The notes under the pieces: generated by a model | Told to the model about the DNA's origin: nothing | What the model saw: the letters and a program-made list of their open reading frames with translations, nothing else | Databases searched by the model: none | Made by a program: the position numbers and the translations under genes | Source: Flavobacteriaceae bacterium | GTDB taxonomy: Bacteria > Bacteroidota > Bacteroidia > Flavobacteriales > Flavobacteriaceae | NCBI GenBank assembly: GCA_035705295.1 | Contig: DASSWG010000006.1 | Location: 3,327-67,326, forward strand | Length of the DNA: 64,000 nt | Reading direction: 5' to 3' | Shown here: positions 1 through 8,970 of the stretch, in pieces | How the letters are laid out: each line of letters opens with the position of its first letter | How positions within the stretch are numbered: the stretch's first letter is position 1

Positions 1-464
1 TGATAGGGTTCGTTTTTCAAAATTGTGAACGCCCGATAAAGTTGTTCCACAAAAAACAAGCGCACCATTTGGTGCGAAAAAGTCATTTTCGACAAGCTGA
101 TTTTTTGATTGGCACGTTCATAAACTTCCTCTGAAAAACCATAGGGACCGCCGATTGCGAAAACCAACTGTTTTTTTCCGCTGTTCATTTGTTTTTGAAT
201 GAACCCCGAAAAACCTTCCGAAGAAAAAGAAGCGCCGTTTTCGTCCAACAAAACCAAGTGATCAGAAGAATTTATTTTCGCTAAAATCAACTCGCCTTCC
301 TTTGTTTTTTGCTGGCTTTCGCTCAATCCTTTTGTTTTTTTCAAATCGGGAAGCAATTCCATTTCAAAACGGGAATAATGCGTTAACCGCTTACGGTACA
401 GATCAATCAGATTTTTCAGTTCCTTGTTGTCGGTTTTCCCGACCGCTGTTAATTTTATGGTCAT
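1..464 (-). CDS. rlmH: 23S rRNA (pseudouridine1915-N3)-methyltransferase RlmH; C-terminal end cut by window edge
   Basis: Not in the ORF track because there is no stop inside the window. Manual reverse translation from ATG (464-462) gives [27 protein letters not shown]...[57 protein letters not shown], the typical SPOUT RlmH sequence. Confidence 0.85.
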   Translation of the reverse strand, partial: [154 protein letters not shown]

Positions 465-514
465 CGTACAGGTTTGCGATTACTTTGCTACATTAGCAAA
501 AATAACCTTTGAAA

Positions 515-1372
515 ATGATACACAGTTCTAAATTTAAAAAAGAATTGGATTTGGTGATCACCAACGCAGTTCGCGAAGATGTTGGCACCGGCGATCACAG
601 TTCGTTGGCATGCATTCCCGAAAATGCCAAGGGAAAAGCAAAATTATTGGTTAAGGACAAAGGCATTTTGGCGGGCGTGGAATTCGCCAAAAAAGTGTTC
701 GAATACATCGATCCCAATTTGAAAATGGAAATTTTCATAAAAGATGGGGAACCCGTGGAAAAAGGGGAGGTGGCTTTTCACGTTTCCGGAAATAGTCAAT
801 CCATTCTAAAAGCCGAACGCTTGGCGTTGAACGGAATGCAGCGTATGAGTGCGATTGCGACCAAGACCCATAAATTTGTGGAGGTTTTGTACGGAACGGA
901 AACCAAAATTTTGGATACCCGCAAAACCACGCCGGGGATCCGGGTGTTGGAAAAATGGGCGGTAAAAATCGGCGGCGGAGAAAACCACCGTTGGGGCTTG
1001 GACGATATGATAATGCTCAAGGACAACCACATCGATTTCGCTGGCGGAATTACCCCGGCCATCGAAAAGACCAAAGCCTACCTAAAAGAAAATCAACTCG
1101 ATTTAAAAATCATTTTGGAAGCCCGAAATTTGAAAGAAATAGAAACTATCTTGGAAAGTGAGGGCGTGTATCGCATTTTGATCGATAATTTCGATTATGA
1201 AACCACAAAAAAAGCCGTCCGACTGATCGATGGAAAATGCTTGACCGAGTCCAGCGGGGGCATCACCTTGGAAACCGCAAAAGCTTATGCCGAGTGTGGT
1301 GTGGATTTTATTTCCAGCGGTTCGTTGACGCACTCGGTGCACAACATGGATTTGAGCCTAAAAGCAATGTAA
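515..1372 (+). CDS. nadC: nicotinate-nucleotide diphosphorylase (quinolinate phosphoribosyltransferase)
   Basis: ORF 509..1372. Position 509 is TTG and the first ATG is at 515. The sequence is NadC-like throughout (..AERLALNGMQRMSAIATKT.., ..ILDTRKTTPGIRVLEKWAVKIGGGENHR.., ..MLKDNHIDFAGG.., ..SSGSLTHSV). Confidence 0.9.
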   Translation: MIHSSKFKKELDLVITNAVREDVGTGDHSSLACIPENAKGKAKLLVKDKGILAGVEFAKKVFEYIDPNLKMEIFIKDGEPVEKGEVAFHVSGNSQSILKAERLALNGMQRMSAIATKTHKFVEVLYGTETKILDTRKTTPGIRVLEKWAVKIGGGENHRWGLDDMIMLKDNHIDFAGGITPAIEKTKAYLKENQLDLKIILEARNLKEIETILESEGVYRILIDNFDYETTKKAVRLIDGKCLTESSGGITLETAKAYAECGVDFISSGSLTHSVHNMDLSLKAM

Positions 1373-1451
1373 TGGTAATCGGTTAATTGGGGATCAGTGA
1401 TCAGTTTTTATTCGGGTTAATTCGATTTAATTCGCACATATTCGTAGCTAA

Positions 1452-2387
1452 ATGACCAAAGAGGTAGAAGATAAATTAAAAAAAATTCCCGTTTTGGGAT
1501 GGATCGTGCGTAAAAGCAAGCAGATCATCCTTCCGGGAATGGAAGGTTTGTCGCTATATGATCTTTGGGAAATCTACTCGCTCGGAATTATAAAAGGCGC
1601 TTTTTCGTTACGGGCCAATTCCATTTCGTTCAATTTTTTCATGGCAATTTTCCCGTTTTTGTTGTTTTTGTTGAATTTGATCCCTTTTATTTGGTTCATC
1701 GACGATTTTCAATTGAAATTTTTGGTGTTTGTGGACAAGTTGCTGCCTCCACAAACCCACGAATTTTTTGGCGATATTTTCACAGATATTGCCAGCAACC
1801 AGCGTGTGGGCCTTCTTTCTTTTGTGTTTGTACTGTCCATTTTTTTGATGGCCAACGGCATCAATGCTATTTTTGAAGGATTCGAATCTTCTTACCACAC
1901 CCAAATCAACCGTTCGTTCGTTCGGCAATATGTGGTCGCCATTGGGGTTTCCATTATCGTGGCATTGTTGTTGTTGTTAACGGTGATAGCAACCATTTAT
2001 TTAACCTACATGATCGAAAACCTGCGGGATTTCGGGCTGTTTTCCGACAGTGTTGTTTGGGCGGAAATTGGTCGTTATGCCGTGTTCGTTGTAATGGTTT
2101 ATATCGGGGTCGCCACGCTCTATTATTTGGGCACCCGCGAAGGAAGGTTGCACAGGTTCTTTTCAGTGGGCGCGTTGTTCACGATGCTGCTGATCGTATT
2201 GACCACATTTTTGTTCGCGATTTACATCAACAATTTCAGTACCTACAACGAATTGTACGGATCCATTGGGGCATTGTTGATTTTGATGGTTTATATTTGG
2301 CTAAATTCGAACATTTTATTGTTGGGGTTCGAATTGAACGCATCTTTGAACAAAATGAGAAAAAAACACAATAACCAAACAATCTAA
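1452..2387 (+). CDS. YihY/BrkB (ribonuclease BN-like) family inner-membrane protein
   Basis: 311-aa ORF with about 6 hydrophobic helices and the YihY-like N-terminal region (..LRANSISFNFFMAIFPFLLFLL..) and C-terminal region (..YGSIGALLILMVYIWLNSNILLLGFELNA). Confidence 0.8.
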   Translation: MTKEVEDKLKKIPVLGWIVRKSKQIILPGMEGLSLYDLWEIYSLGIIKGAFSLRANSISFNFFMAIFPFLLFLLNLIPFIWFIDDFQLKFLVFVDKLLPPQTHEFFGDIFTDIASNQRVGLLSFVFVLSIFLMANGINAIFEGFESSYHTQINRSFVRQYVVAIGVSIIVALLLLLTVIATIYLTYMIENLRDFGLFSDSVVWAEIGRYAVFVVMVYIGVATLYYLGTREGRLHRFFSVGALFTMLLIVLTTFLFAIYINNFSTYNELYGSIGALLILMVYIWLNSNILLLGFELNASLNKMRKKHNNQTI

Positions 2388-2398
2388 ATTAGATAACT

Positions 2399-2959
2399 AT
2401 GAAAAATGTTTTTTTGATTTTTTTGAGCCTTTGCGCCATAACTTTTACTTCGGCGCAAACAGAAATTGGCGATGCCGTTTTGCCCAATTCAGAAACTTTT
2501 GGAGAACACCAATTGGTATTGAACGGAGCTGGTGTACGCGAAAAATTTTGGATCGATATGTATGTGGGCGCACTGTATTTGCCCAAAAAATCCACCGATG
2601 CAAAAGCAATTTTGGAAAATGGGCAACCCGTTGCCGTTAAATTGTATATTGTTTCAAGGTTGATCAGCAGCGAACGAATGAGCGATGCAGTTGATGACGG
2701 TTTTCGAAAATCCACCAAAGGAAATACCGCGCCTTTCAAGAAGAAAATCGACAAGTTCAAAACCTTTTTCAGCGAAGAAATCAACAAAGACGATGTTTTT
2801 GACATCACCTATCAACCCGCACTTGGGGTGGTGGTATACAAAAACGGCAAAAAATTGGGCGAAATACAGGGCGAAGATTTCAAAACCGCGGTATTCGGTA
2901 TTTGGCTTTCGGAACATCCAGCAAATGAAGACCTCAAAAAAGCAATGTTGGGAATGTAG
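2399..2959 (+). CDS. secreted chalcone-isomerase-like family protein
   Basis: 186 aa with a signal peptide (MKNVFLIFLSLCAITFTSAQ) and the motif LVLNGAGVREKFWIDMYVGALYLP, typical of bacterial chalcone isomerase-like proteins. Confidence 0.75.
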   Translation: MKNVFLIFLSLCAITFTSAQTEIGDAVLPNSETFGEHQLVLNGAGVREKFWIDMYVGALYLPKKSTDAKAILENGQPVAVKLYIVSRLISSERMSDAVDDGFRKSTKGNTAPFKKKIDKFKTFFSEEINKDDVFDITYQPALGVVVYKNGKKLGEIQGEDFKTAVFGIWLSEHPANEDLKKAMLGM

Positions 2960-3008
2960 ATATTCCTAACGATCAGCAGAAAATCATCAACAACTATTTT
3001 ATTTTCCA

Positions 3009-3431
3009 ATGAAGAACCTAACGATTATTTTTTTCTTGTTTTTTGTTTCGATTGTGAACGCCCAAAGTGTTTTCGGAAAATGGAAAACCATGGACGACGA
3101 AACCGGAAAGGCCAAAGCCATTGTGAACATTTATGAAAAAAACGGAAAAATTTTTGGCGACATCGTTCGTGTTTTGAAAGAATCCGAGCGCGGTAAATTG
3201 TGCACCGAATGTGAAGGCAAACGAAAGGGTCAAAAAATCGAAGGGATGACAATCATTGAAAACATGGAAAAAGACGGAGATCAATTTGAAAATGGAACCA
3301 TTTTGGACCCGGAAAACGGAAAAATATACAAAGCAAAAATCTGGTTGAACGAAGACAACCCCAATATTTTGAACGTTCGCGGATATATTGGGTTTTTGTA
3401 CCGTACACAAAATTGGGTACGGATGGAGTAA
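3009..3431 (+). CDS. DUF2147 domain-containing secreted protein
   Basis: 140 aa with a signal peptide, then GKWKTMDDETGKAKAIVNIYEKNGKIFG...ILDPENGKIYKAKIW, the DUF2147 pattern. Confidence 0.75.
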   Translation: MKNLTIIFFLFFVSIVNAQSVFGKWKTMDDETGKAKAIVNIYEKNGKIFGDIVRVLKESERGKLCTECEGKRKGQKIEGMTIIENMEKDGDQFENGTILDPENGKIYKAKIWLNEDNPNILNVRGYIGFLYRTQNWVRME

Positions 3432-3490
3432 AATCAGTGGTACTTCATTAAAAAAAATGATTTTCAAAATAAATTTCGAACATTAATTAG

Positions 3491-3498
3491 TATTTTTG
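3491..3498 (+). promoter_or_regulatory. putative -7 promoter box (TAttTTTG) of the toxin-antitoxin pair
   Basis: Exact match to the Bacteroidota sigma-A -7 consensus TAnnTTTG, 18 nt upstream of the ATG at 3517. Confidence 0.45.
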
Positions 3499-3516
3499 AG
3501 ATAAATATAATTTGTG

Positions 3517-3738
3517 ATGAATATTCAAACTGAGAAAATACATTTAGCCAAATTGCTTTTGGAAACTGAAAACCCCAAAATAATTGAGTCTATTAAAAAG
3601 ATTTTCAAAAAGGCCAAATCAGTAGATTTTTGGAATGATTTATCTTTTGATCAAAAAGAGGAAATAGACAAAGCTTCAACGGAAATTAAAAATGGAGAGA
3701 TAACAGACTATGAGTCGTTTATGGAAAAGCATCGATAA
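3517..3738 (+). CDS. putative antitoxin (addiction-module partner of the ParE-like toxin)
   Basis: 73-aa acidic/helical ORF (3514 is GTG, ATG at 3517). Its stop abuts the toxin ATG (TAAATG). The size and position are typical of a type II antitoxin. Confidence 0.6.
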   Translation: MNIQTEKIHLAKLLLETENPKIIESIKKIFKKAKSVDFWNDLSFDQKEEIDKASTEIKNGEITDYESFMEKHR

Positions 3739-4041
3739 ATGAACAGAAAAGTTGTCATTTCAAAAACAGCAGAAAAGAAATTAGAGAAACTTTTCGATTA
3801 TCTAATTGAAAAATGGTCGCTGAAAGTTAAATATGAATTTGTAAAGAAATTAGATGACTGCATTGATACCATAAAAGATCAACCTGAAATATTTCCTGAA
3901 TCCCAAAAAAGGAAAGGGTTAAGAAAATGCGTGGTAACCCCACAAACTATTTTGTATTATCGTTTTACTTCCAAACGAATCAATATAATTACAATATTTG
4001 ATTCGAGGCAAAACCCAGATAAACTGTACAAAGAAATATAA
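3739..4041 (+). CDS. type II toxin-antitoxin system RelE/ParE family toxin
   Basis: 100 aa. Sequence MNRKVVISKTAEKKLEKLFDYLIEKWS...ILYYRFTSKRINIITIFDSRQNPDK matches the Bacteroidota ParE-like toxin pattern. Confidence 0.75.
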   Translation: MNRKVVISKTAEKKLEKLFDYLIEKWSLKVKYEFVKKLDDCIDTIKDQPEIFPESQKRKGLRKCVVTPQTILYYRFTSKRINIITIFDSRQNPDKLYKEI

Positions 4042-4102
4042 TCGTAAAAAACGAAGTTGGCTATGACCAGACGGTAAAAAGAGCTTCGGTTGAAAATTTA
4101 CG

Positions 4103-4122
4103 TACCTGCCGGTAGACAGGTA
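4103..4122. repeat. short hairpin repeat TACCTGCCGGTAGACAGGTA (member of the CCTGCCGG..GGCAGG family)
   Basis: 6-bp stem tacctg/caggta. Related hairpins occur at 9464-9483 and 30069-30088. Confidence 0.5.
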
Positions 4123-4342
4123 AAAGAAATATTCATTTTTTCAAAAAAACAAAACAAGAAAAGCCCTGCCAGCCTACCGTCTGAAAGTTTTTAGAAACTG
4201 CTTAAAAAATCTATCAAAAAAAGTTTGTTTATATAGGTAACCTTTTTGTTGTTAAGGATTTAATCTCTTCAAAAAATGGATTTTTGGACGGTATCCCACA
4301 AAAATGATCCTCCGCACACAATGGCAAAACGAAAACATAAAA

Positions 4343-4380
4343 GCCTGGAACTTACAATTGTTTCGGGCTTTTGTTGTTTT
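4343..4380 (+). terminator. possible rho-independent terminator with no CDS directly upstream
   Basis: gcctggaac-ttacaatt-gtttcgggc forms a 9-bp stem that includes 2 G-U pairs, followed by ttttgttgtttt. It lies ~300 nt downstream of the toxin stop and upstream of the priA promoter. Confidence 0.4.
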
Positions 4381-4406
4381 CGGGCTTGCTACTTGAAAAA
4401 GAACCC

Positions 4407-4414
4407 TAACTTTG
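4407..4414 (+). promoter_or_regulatory. putative -7 promoter box (TAacTTTG) of priA
   Basis: TAnnTTTG match 24 nt upstream of the ATG at 4439. Confidence 0.45.
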
Positions 4415-4438
4415 TGTTGCCCGTTCCAAAAACGAAAA

Positions 4439-6889
4439 ATGGACCATTTTATCGACGTCATTTTGCCGCTTCCGCTCGAAAAACACTTCACCTATAGCGT
4501 GTCGGTTTCCGAAGCAAAAAAAATCCAACCCGGAATGCGGGTCGCCGTTCCGTTTGGAAAAACAAAAGTTTATACCGGCATTGTTTCCAAAATCCATCAA
4601 ATTCCCCCAGAAGTTTACCAAGCAAAACCCATTGAGCAAATTTTGGACGAAGCCCCGATCGTTACGGACCAACAATTGAAATTTTGGAGATGGATCGCAG
4701 ACTACTATATGTGTTCCGAAGGAGAAGTTTTGCGCGCCGCGTTGCCGAGTGCTTTTTTGCTGGAAAGCGAAACCGTTATTGAGTTGAACCGTTCTGCGGA
4801 AATCGAGGAGGAGAATTTAAAAGACGATGAATATTTGATCTACGAAGCCCTTCAAAACCAATCCTTGTTGAAAATTCAAGAGGTGATGAAGATTTTGAAC
4901 AAAAAAACAGTGCTTCCGGTCATTAATTCACTGGTGGCAAAAAATGCGATCATCGTCAATCAAGAACTGCACAAACAATACAAACCAAAATTGGTCCGTT
5001 ACGTGCGTTTGCATTCGGAATATGCAACCGAGGGCAAATTACGCGAGTTGTTGGAAGAACTGAACAACGCGCCGAAACAACGCGAAGTTATTTTGCGGTT
5101 GTTTTCGTTGAAGTCGAATTCCACAAAAAATATCAAAGCCAAAGAGTTGGCAAAAAAAAGTGGGGTTTCTTCGTCGATTATCAAAGCTTTGATCGATAAA
5201 AATATTTTGGAAGAATACCACCAAAAAACCGATCGGGTAGGGTTTGAAGGTGAAATTTCTTCCCATGAAATTCATTTCAACGAAGGGCAGCAAACCGCTT
5301 TTTCGGAAATCAATTCCGTTTTTTCTGAAGAAAACGTGTGTTTGTTGCACGGGGTCACTTCTTCCGGAAAAACGGAAATCTACATCAAGTTGATCGAAAA
5401 AGTCATTGCCAAAGGCCAACAAGTGTTGTATTTGCTGCCCGAAATTGCCCTAACCACACAGCTTATTTCAAGGCTCCAGGCCTATTTTGGTGAGGAAATA
5501 TTGGTGTATCACAGCCGCTATTCGGTAAACGAACGCGTGGAAGTATATCAGCATATTTTGCAGCAAAGCAAGGGGAAAATTGTTGTTGGAGCGCGCTCCT
5601 CCATTTTTTTACCGTTTGTTGACCTGGGCCTGATCGTTATCGACGAATCCCACGAATCGACTTTCAAACAATACGATCCCGCGCCGCGATATAACGCCCG
5701 CGACGCCTCGGTCGTGTTGGCTTCGCTTTTTGGGGCAAAAGTGCTGATGGGTTCGGCCACGCCAAGTTTGGAGAGTTTTTACAATGCCAACCATCAAAAA
5801 TACGGGTTGGTTTCGTTGCGCTCGCGGTTTGGAAATGTAAAACAACCGGTGACCGAATTGGTGGACATCAAAGAAAAACATCGAAAAAAGCAAATGACCG
5901 GTCATTTTTCGGACACGCTTTTAAAAGAAATGAAAGCCACTTTGGAAAACGGCAAACAGATTATTTTGTTCCAAAACCGGCGCGGATATTCCCCAATTTT
6001 GGAATGCAATACTTGTGGCCACTCGCCGCAATGTCCAAATTGTGATGTGAGCTTGACCTATCACCGGCACAACAACCAATTGCGTTGTCATTATTGTGGC
6101 TATAATATGTCCATGCAAACAAAATGCATGGCTTGTGGAAGCAATGAACTGACCACCAAAGGTTTTGGCACCGAGCAAATAGAAACCGAATTGAAAGCTT
6201 TGTTTCCCGAACATAAATCGGGGAGGATGGATATGGACACCACCCGAGGGAAATATGGCTACGAACGCATCATCAATGCTTTTGAAAACCAAGAACTCGA
6301 TATTTTGGTCGGCACACAAATGCTCACCAAAGGCTTGGACTTTAGAAATGTGGATTTGGTGGCCGTGATGAACGCGGACAGTTTGTTGAATTTTCCCGAT
6401 TTTAGGGCGCACGAACGCAGTTTTCAATTGATGTTGCAAGTCGCCGGAAGGGCCGGAAGGACCAAAAACCAAGGAAAAGTGCTGATACAAACCTACAATC
6501 CGTACCATCAAATTTTACAACAAGTTTCGACCAACGATTATTTATCGATGTACAAAGAACAATTGGACGACCGCCATAATTTTAATTACCCGCCCATTTA
6601 CCGCTTGGTAAAATTGAGTTTTAAAGGAAGGGACTACAACAAAGTGAACGAAGCAGCGGATTGGTTCGCGAAAGTGCTTCGACAAACCTTGAAAGAAAAT
6701 GTGTTGGGACCTGAATTCCCGCCAGTGGCACGTATTCGCAACGAATATTACAAAAACGTGATGGTCAAAATCCCTCCCAAACAATCCCTAAAAAAAACAA
6801 AAGCATTTTTGGAGAAAGTGATTTCGAGCTATCGTTCCATCGGCTCGTTCAACCGGGTGCGCATTATTTTGAATGTGGATCCTTATTGA
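4439..6889 (+). CDS. priA: primosomal protein N' (replication restart helicase PriA)
   Basis: ORF 4412..6889. The conserved N-terminus MDHFIDVILPLPL starts at 4439. Features include Walker A GVTSSGKTE, DEAH-type IVIDESHE, the Cys-rich zinc region CNTCGHSPQCPNCDVSLTYHRHNNQLRCHYCG, and ..QVAGRAGR. Confidence 0.95.
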   Translation: MDHFIDVILPLPLEKHFTYSVSVSEAKKIQPGMRVAVPFGKTKVYTGIVSKIHQIPPEVYQAKPIEQILDEAPIVTDQQLKFWRWIADYYMCSEGEVLRAALPSAFLLESETVIELNRSAEIEEENLKDDEYLIYEALQNQSLLKIQEVMKILNKKTVLPVINSLVAKNAIIVNQELHKQYKPKLVRYVRLHSEYATEGKLRELLEELNNAPKQREVILRLFSLKSNSTKNIKAKELAKKSGVSSSIIKALIDKNILEEYHQKTDRVGFEGEISSHEIHFNEGQQTAFSEINSVFSEENVCLLHGVTSSGKTEIYIKLIEKVIAKGQQVLYLLPEIALTTQLISRLQAYFGEEILVYHSRYSVNERVEVYQHILQQSKGKIVVGARSSIFLPFVDLGLIVIDESHESTFKQYDPAPRYNARDASVVLASLFGAKVLMGSATPSLESFYNANHQKYGLVSLRSRFGNVKQPVTELVDIKEKHRKKQMTGHFSDTLLKEMKATLENGKQIILFQNRRGYSPILECNTCGHSPQCPNCDVSLTYHRHNNQLRCHYCGYNMSMQTKCMACGSNELTTKGFGTEQIETELKALFPEHKSGRMDMDTTRGKYGYERIINAFENQELDILVGTQMLTKGLDFRNVDLVAVMNADSLLNFPDFRAHERSFQLMLQVAGRAGRTKNQGKVLIQTYNPYHQILQQVSTNDYLSMYKEQLDDRHNFNYPPIYRLVKLSFKGRDYNKVNEAADWFAKVLRQTLKENVLGPEFPPVARIRNEYYKNVMVKIPPKQSLKKTKAFLEKVISSYRSIGSFNRVRIILNVDPY

Positions 6890-7611
6890 TTTTCTGCCGA
6901 AGAAATGTCGTTCAACGCTTCTTGGAGCGACTCCTTTTTGTTGCGGCTGAGCGGAAGTTCATCTTCTTCGAGCTGCACGGTTCGGCTGGCATAACTTTTC
7001 ACTTTGGAAAGGTTGACAATATAGGATTTGTGGATGCGGAGAAATTTTCCTTCGGGCAATTTTTCACAAAAAGCTTTCATGGTGGTGAGCACCGTATAAA
7101 AATCACTGTTGTTGGTCACCACTTTCACATAATCGCCCATGGCTTCAATATAGCGAATATTGCCCACATGGACTTTGTGTTTTTTCAGGTCACTTTTTAT
7201 GAAAATATAATTATTTGGGTCAGTTTCCTCTTCGTTTTCTTTTGCTTTCAAAAAGGAAACCGCTTTTTCTATTGCCCGTTCAAACCTTTTCTTTTCCACG
7301 GGCTTTTGAAGAAAATCAATCGCTTCATAGTCAAATGCCTTGAATGCATACTGCGTTTTTCCAGTGATAAAAATGATTCCCGGCTTGTCTTTTAAATTGT
7401 CCAATAAATCGAACCCCGACAAAATGGGCATTTCAACATCCAAAAAAACCAGGTCGATTTGTTGCATTTGCAAATATTCTTTTGCCCTTGGCGCATTGCT
7501 GAACCCGCTCAAAAGCTCCAAACGAGGATCGTCTTTCACCAATTTTCCGATGGAAAGGCGTTGCAGGGTCGAATCATCGACAATAATACATTTTAAAGGC
7601 AAATCGGACAT
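6883..7611 (-). CDS. LytR/AlgR-family (LytTR DNA-binding) response regulator
   Basis: Receiver domain (KCIIVDDS...DLVFLDVEMP) plus a C-terminal LytTR domain (..IRYIEAMGDYVKVVT...FLRIHKSYIVNL). The likely start is MSDLPLK at 7611. No histidine kinase gene is adjacent. Confidence 0.85.
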   Translation of the reverse strand: MSDLPLKCIIVDDSTLQRLSIGKLVKDDPRLELLSGFSNAPRAKEYLQMQQIDLVFLDVEMPILSGFDLLDNLKDKPGIIFITGKTQYAFKAFDYEAIDFLQKPVEKKRFERAIEKAVSFLKAKENEEETDPNNYIFIKSDLKKHKVHVGNIRYIEAMGDYVKVVTNNSDFYTVLTTMKAFCEKLPEGKFLRIHKSYIVNLSKVKSYASRTVQLEEDELPLSRNKKESLQEALNDISSAENQ

Positions 7612-7747
7612 TGTAAATAAATTGCGGTACAAACTTCAAATATAGGGAAATATTTTTTTGAAATTAAGAACCAACCTAAAAGAAAATCAAAGGAACCTGC
7701 TAAAAAAATGTATTGCAGACTTTGTTTGCGGATAATTAAAAAAGATG

Positions 7748-7755
7748 TATTTTTG
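7748..7755 (+). promoter_or_regulatory. putative -7 promoter box (TAttTTTG) of the rpsF-rpsR-rplI operon
   Basis: TAnnTTTG match 24 nt upstream of the rpsF ATG at 7780. Confidence 0.5.
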
Positions 7756-7779
7756 CAGCCAATTTTAAACCGAATTTTT

Positions 7780-8118
7780 ATGAATCATTATGAAACTGTT
7801 TTCATCTTGAATCCCGTTTTATCTGAAGACCAGATAAAGGAAACAGTTAAGAAATACGAAGATTTTCTTGTTTCTAAAGATGCCAAGATGGTGAACAAAG
7901 AAGATTGGGGCCTGAAAAAAATGGCCTACCCGATCCAAAACAAAAAAAGTGGTTTTTACCATTTGTTGGAATACACCGTTGACGGACAAACAATTGCCCC
8001 GTTGGAAGTGATGTTCAAACGCGATGAACGCATCATGCGTTACTTGACCGTTAAACTGGACAAGCACGCCGTCGCTTGGGCCCGAAAAAGAGAGAAACGA
8101 AACAAAGAAAAAGCATAA
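7780..8118 (+). CDS. rpsF: 30S ribosomal protein S6
   Basis: MNHYETVFILNPVLSEDQIKETVKKYEDFL... is the canonical S6 N-terminus. The ORF-track start at 7708 is an upstream extension. Confidence 0.95.
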   Translation: MNHYETVFILNPVLSEDQIKETVKKYEDFLVSKDAKMVNKEDWGLKKMAYPIQNKKSGFYHLLEYTVDGQTIAPLEVMFKRDERIMRYLTVKLDKHAVAWARKREKRNKEKA

Positions 8119-8121
8119 GAT

Positions 8122-8418
8122 ATGTCATCAATTGAACAACAAGCAAAAGGACAAAAAGAGGGCGAAATCAGGTATTTGACCCCTTTGAACATCGAAACGT
8201 CCAAAACAAAAAAGTACTGTCGTTTCAAAAGGGCCGGCATTAAATATATCGATTACAAAGACCCTGATTTTTTGATGGGCTTGGTGAACGAACAAGGAAA
8301 ATTGTTGCCGCGCAGACTTACCGGAACTTCCTTGAAATATCAGCGAAAAGTGGCTGTTGCCGTTAAACGCGCGCGCCATTTGGCCTTAATGCCCTACGTT
8401 GGCGATTTACTAAAATAA
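8122..8418 (+). CDS. rpsR: 30S ribosomal protein S18
   Basis: 98 aa. ..[21 protein letters not shown]...[10 protein letters not shown]... is the S18 signature. It sits between rpsF and rplI. Confidence 0.95.
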   Translation: MSSIEQQAKGQKEGEIRYLTPLNIETSKTKKYCRFKRAGIKYIDYKDPDFLMGLVNEQGKLLPRRLTGTSLKYQRKVAVAVKRARHLALMPYVGDLLK

Positions 8419-8431
8419 AAACAACAACACG

Positions 8432-8881
8432 ATGGAACTGATTTTAAAAAAAGACGTTGAAAACCTAGGGTTTGTAAATGATGTTGTCAAGGTGAAAAAT
8501 GGGTATGGAAGAAACTTCCTGATCCCACAAGGCTTTGCCCAACTTGCAACCCCTTCTGCCAAAAAAGTATTGGCAGAAACCTTGAAACAACGTGCTTTCA
8601 AAGAGAAAAAAGAAGTGGAATCCGCTCAAAAACAAGCGGACAAACTGAATAAAATTGAATTGAAAATGACCGCCAAAGCAGGCGCCGGCGACAAAATGTT
8701 CGGAAGTATTTCGACTGCCGATTTGAGTGAAGCACTTGCAAAAGAAAATATTGAAATCGATAAAAAATACATCAATATTTTGGGCGGGAACATTAAACGT
8801 TTGGGCCAATACGAAGCCACGCTGCGTTTTCACCGCGAAGTGATTGCAACCTTGACCTTCGACGTTGTAGCCGAAGCATAA
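8432..8881 (+). CDS. rplI: 50S ribosomal protein L9
   Basis: MELILKKDVENLGFVNDVVKVKNGYGRNFLIPQGFA is the canonical L9 N-terminus. Confidence 0.95.
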   Translation: MELILKKDVENLGFVNDVVKVKNGYGRNFLIPQGFAQLATPSAKKVLAETLKQRAFKEKKEVESAQKQADKLNKIELKMTAKAGAGDKMFGSISTADLSEALAKENIEIDKKYINILGGNIKRLGQYEATLRFHREVIATLTFDVVAEA

Positions 8882-8900
8882 GCTTCTTTTTAAAGCAAAA

Positions 8901-8934
8901 AAGCCCACCTTTTTAATTACAGGTGGGTTTTTTC
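8901..8934 (+). terminator. rho-independent terminator of the rpsF operon
   Basis: aagcccacct / aggtgggttt stem followed by a T-run, 20 nt after the rplI stop. Confidence 0.75.
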
Positions 8935-8970
8935 ATTTTCAAAACCCGGTAATTTGAAATCCTACCAATT

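Noticed and set aside
302-496. 64-aa plus-strand ORF at the left edge
   Set aside because: It lies antisense within the clearly recognisable rlmH coding sequence (1..464, minus strand) and has a low-complexity composition.
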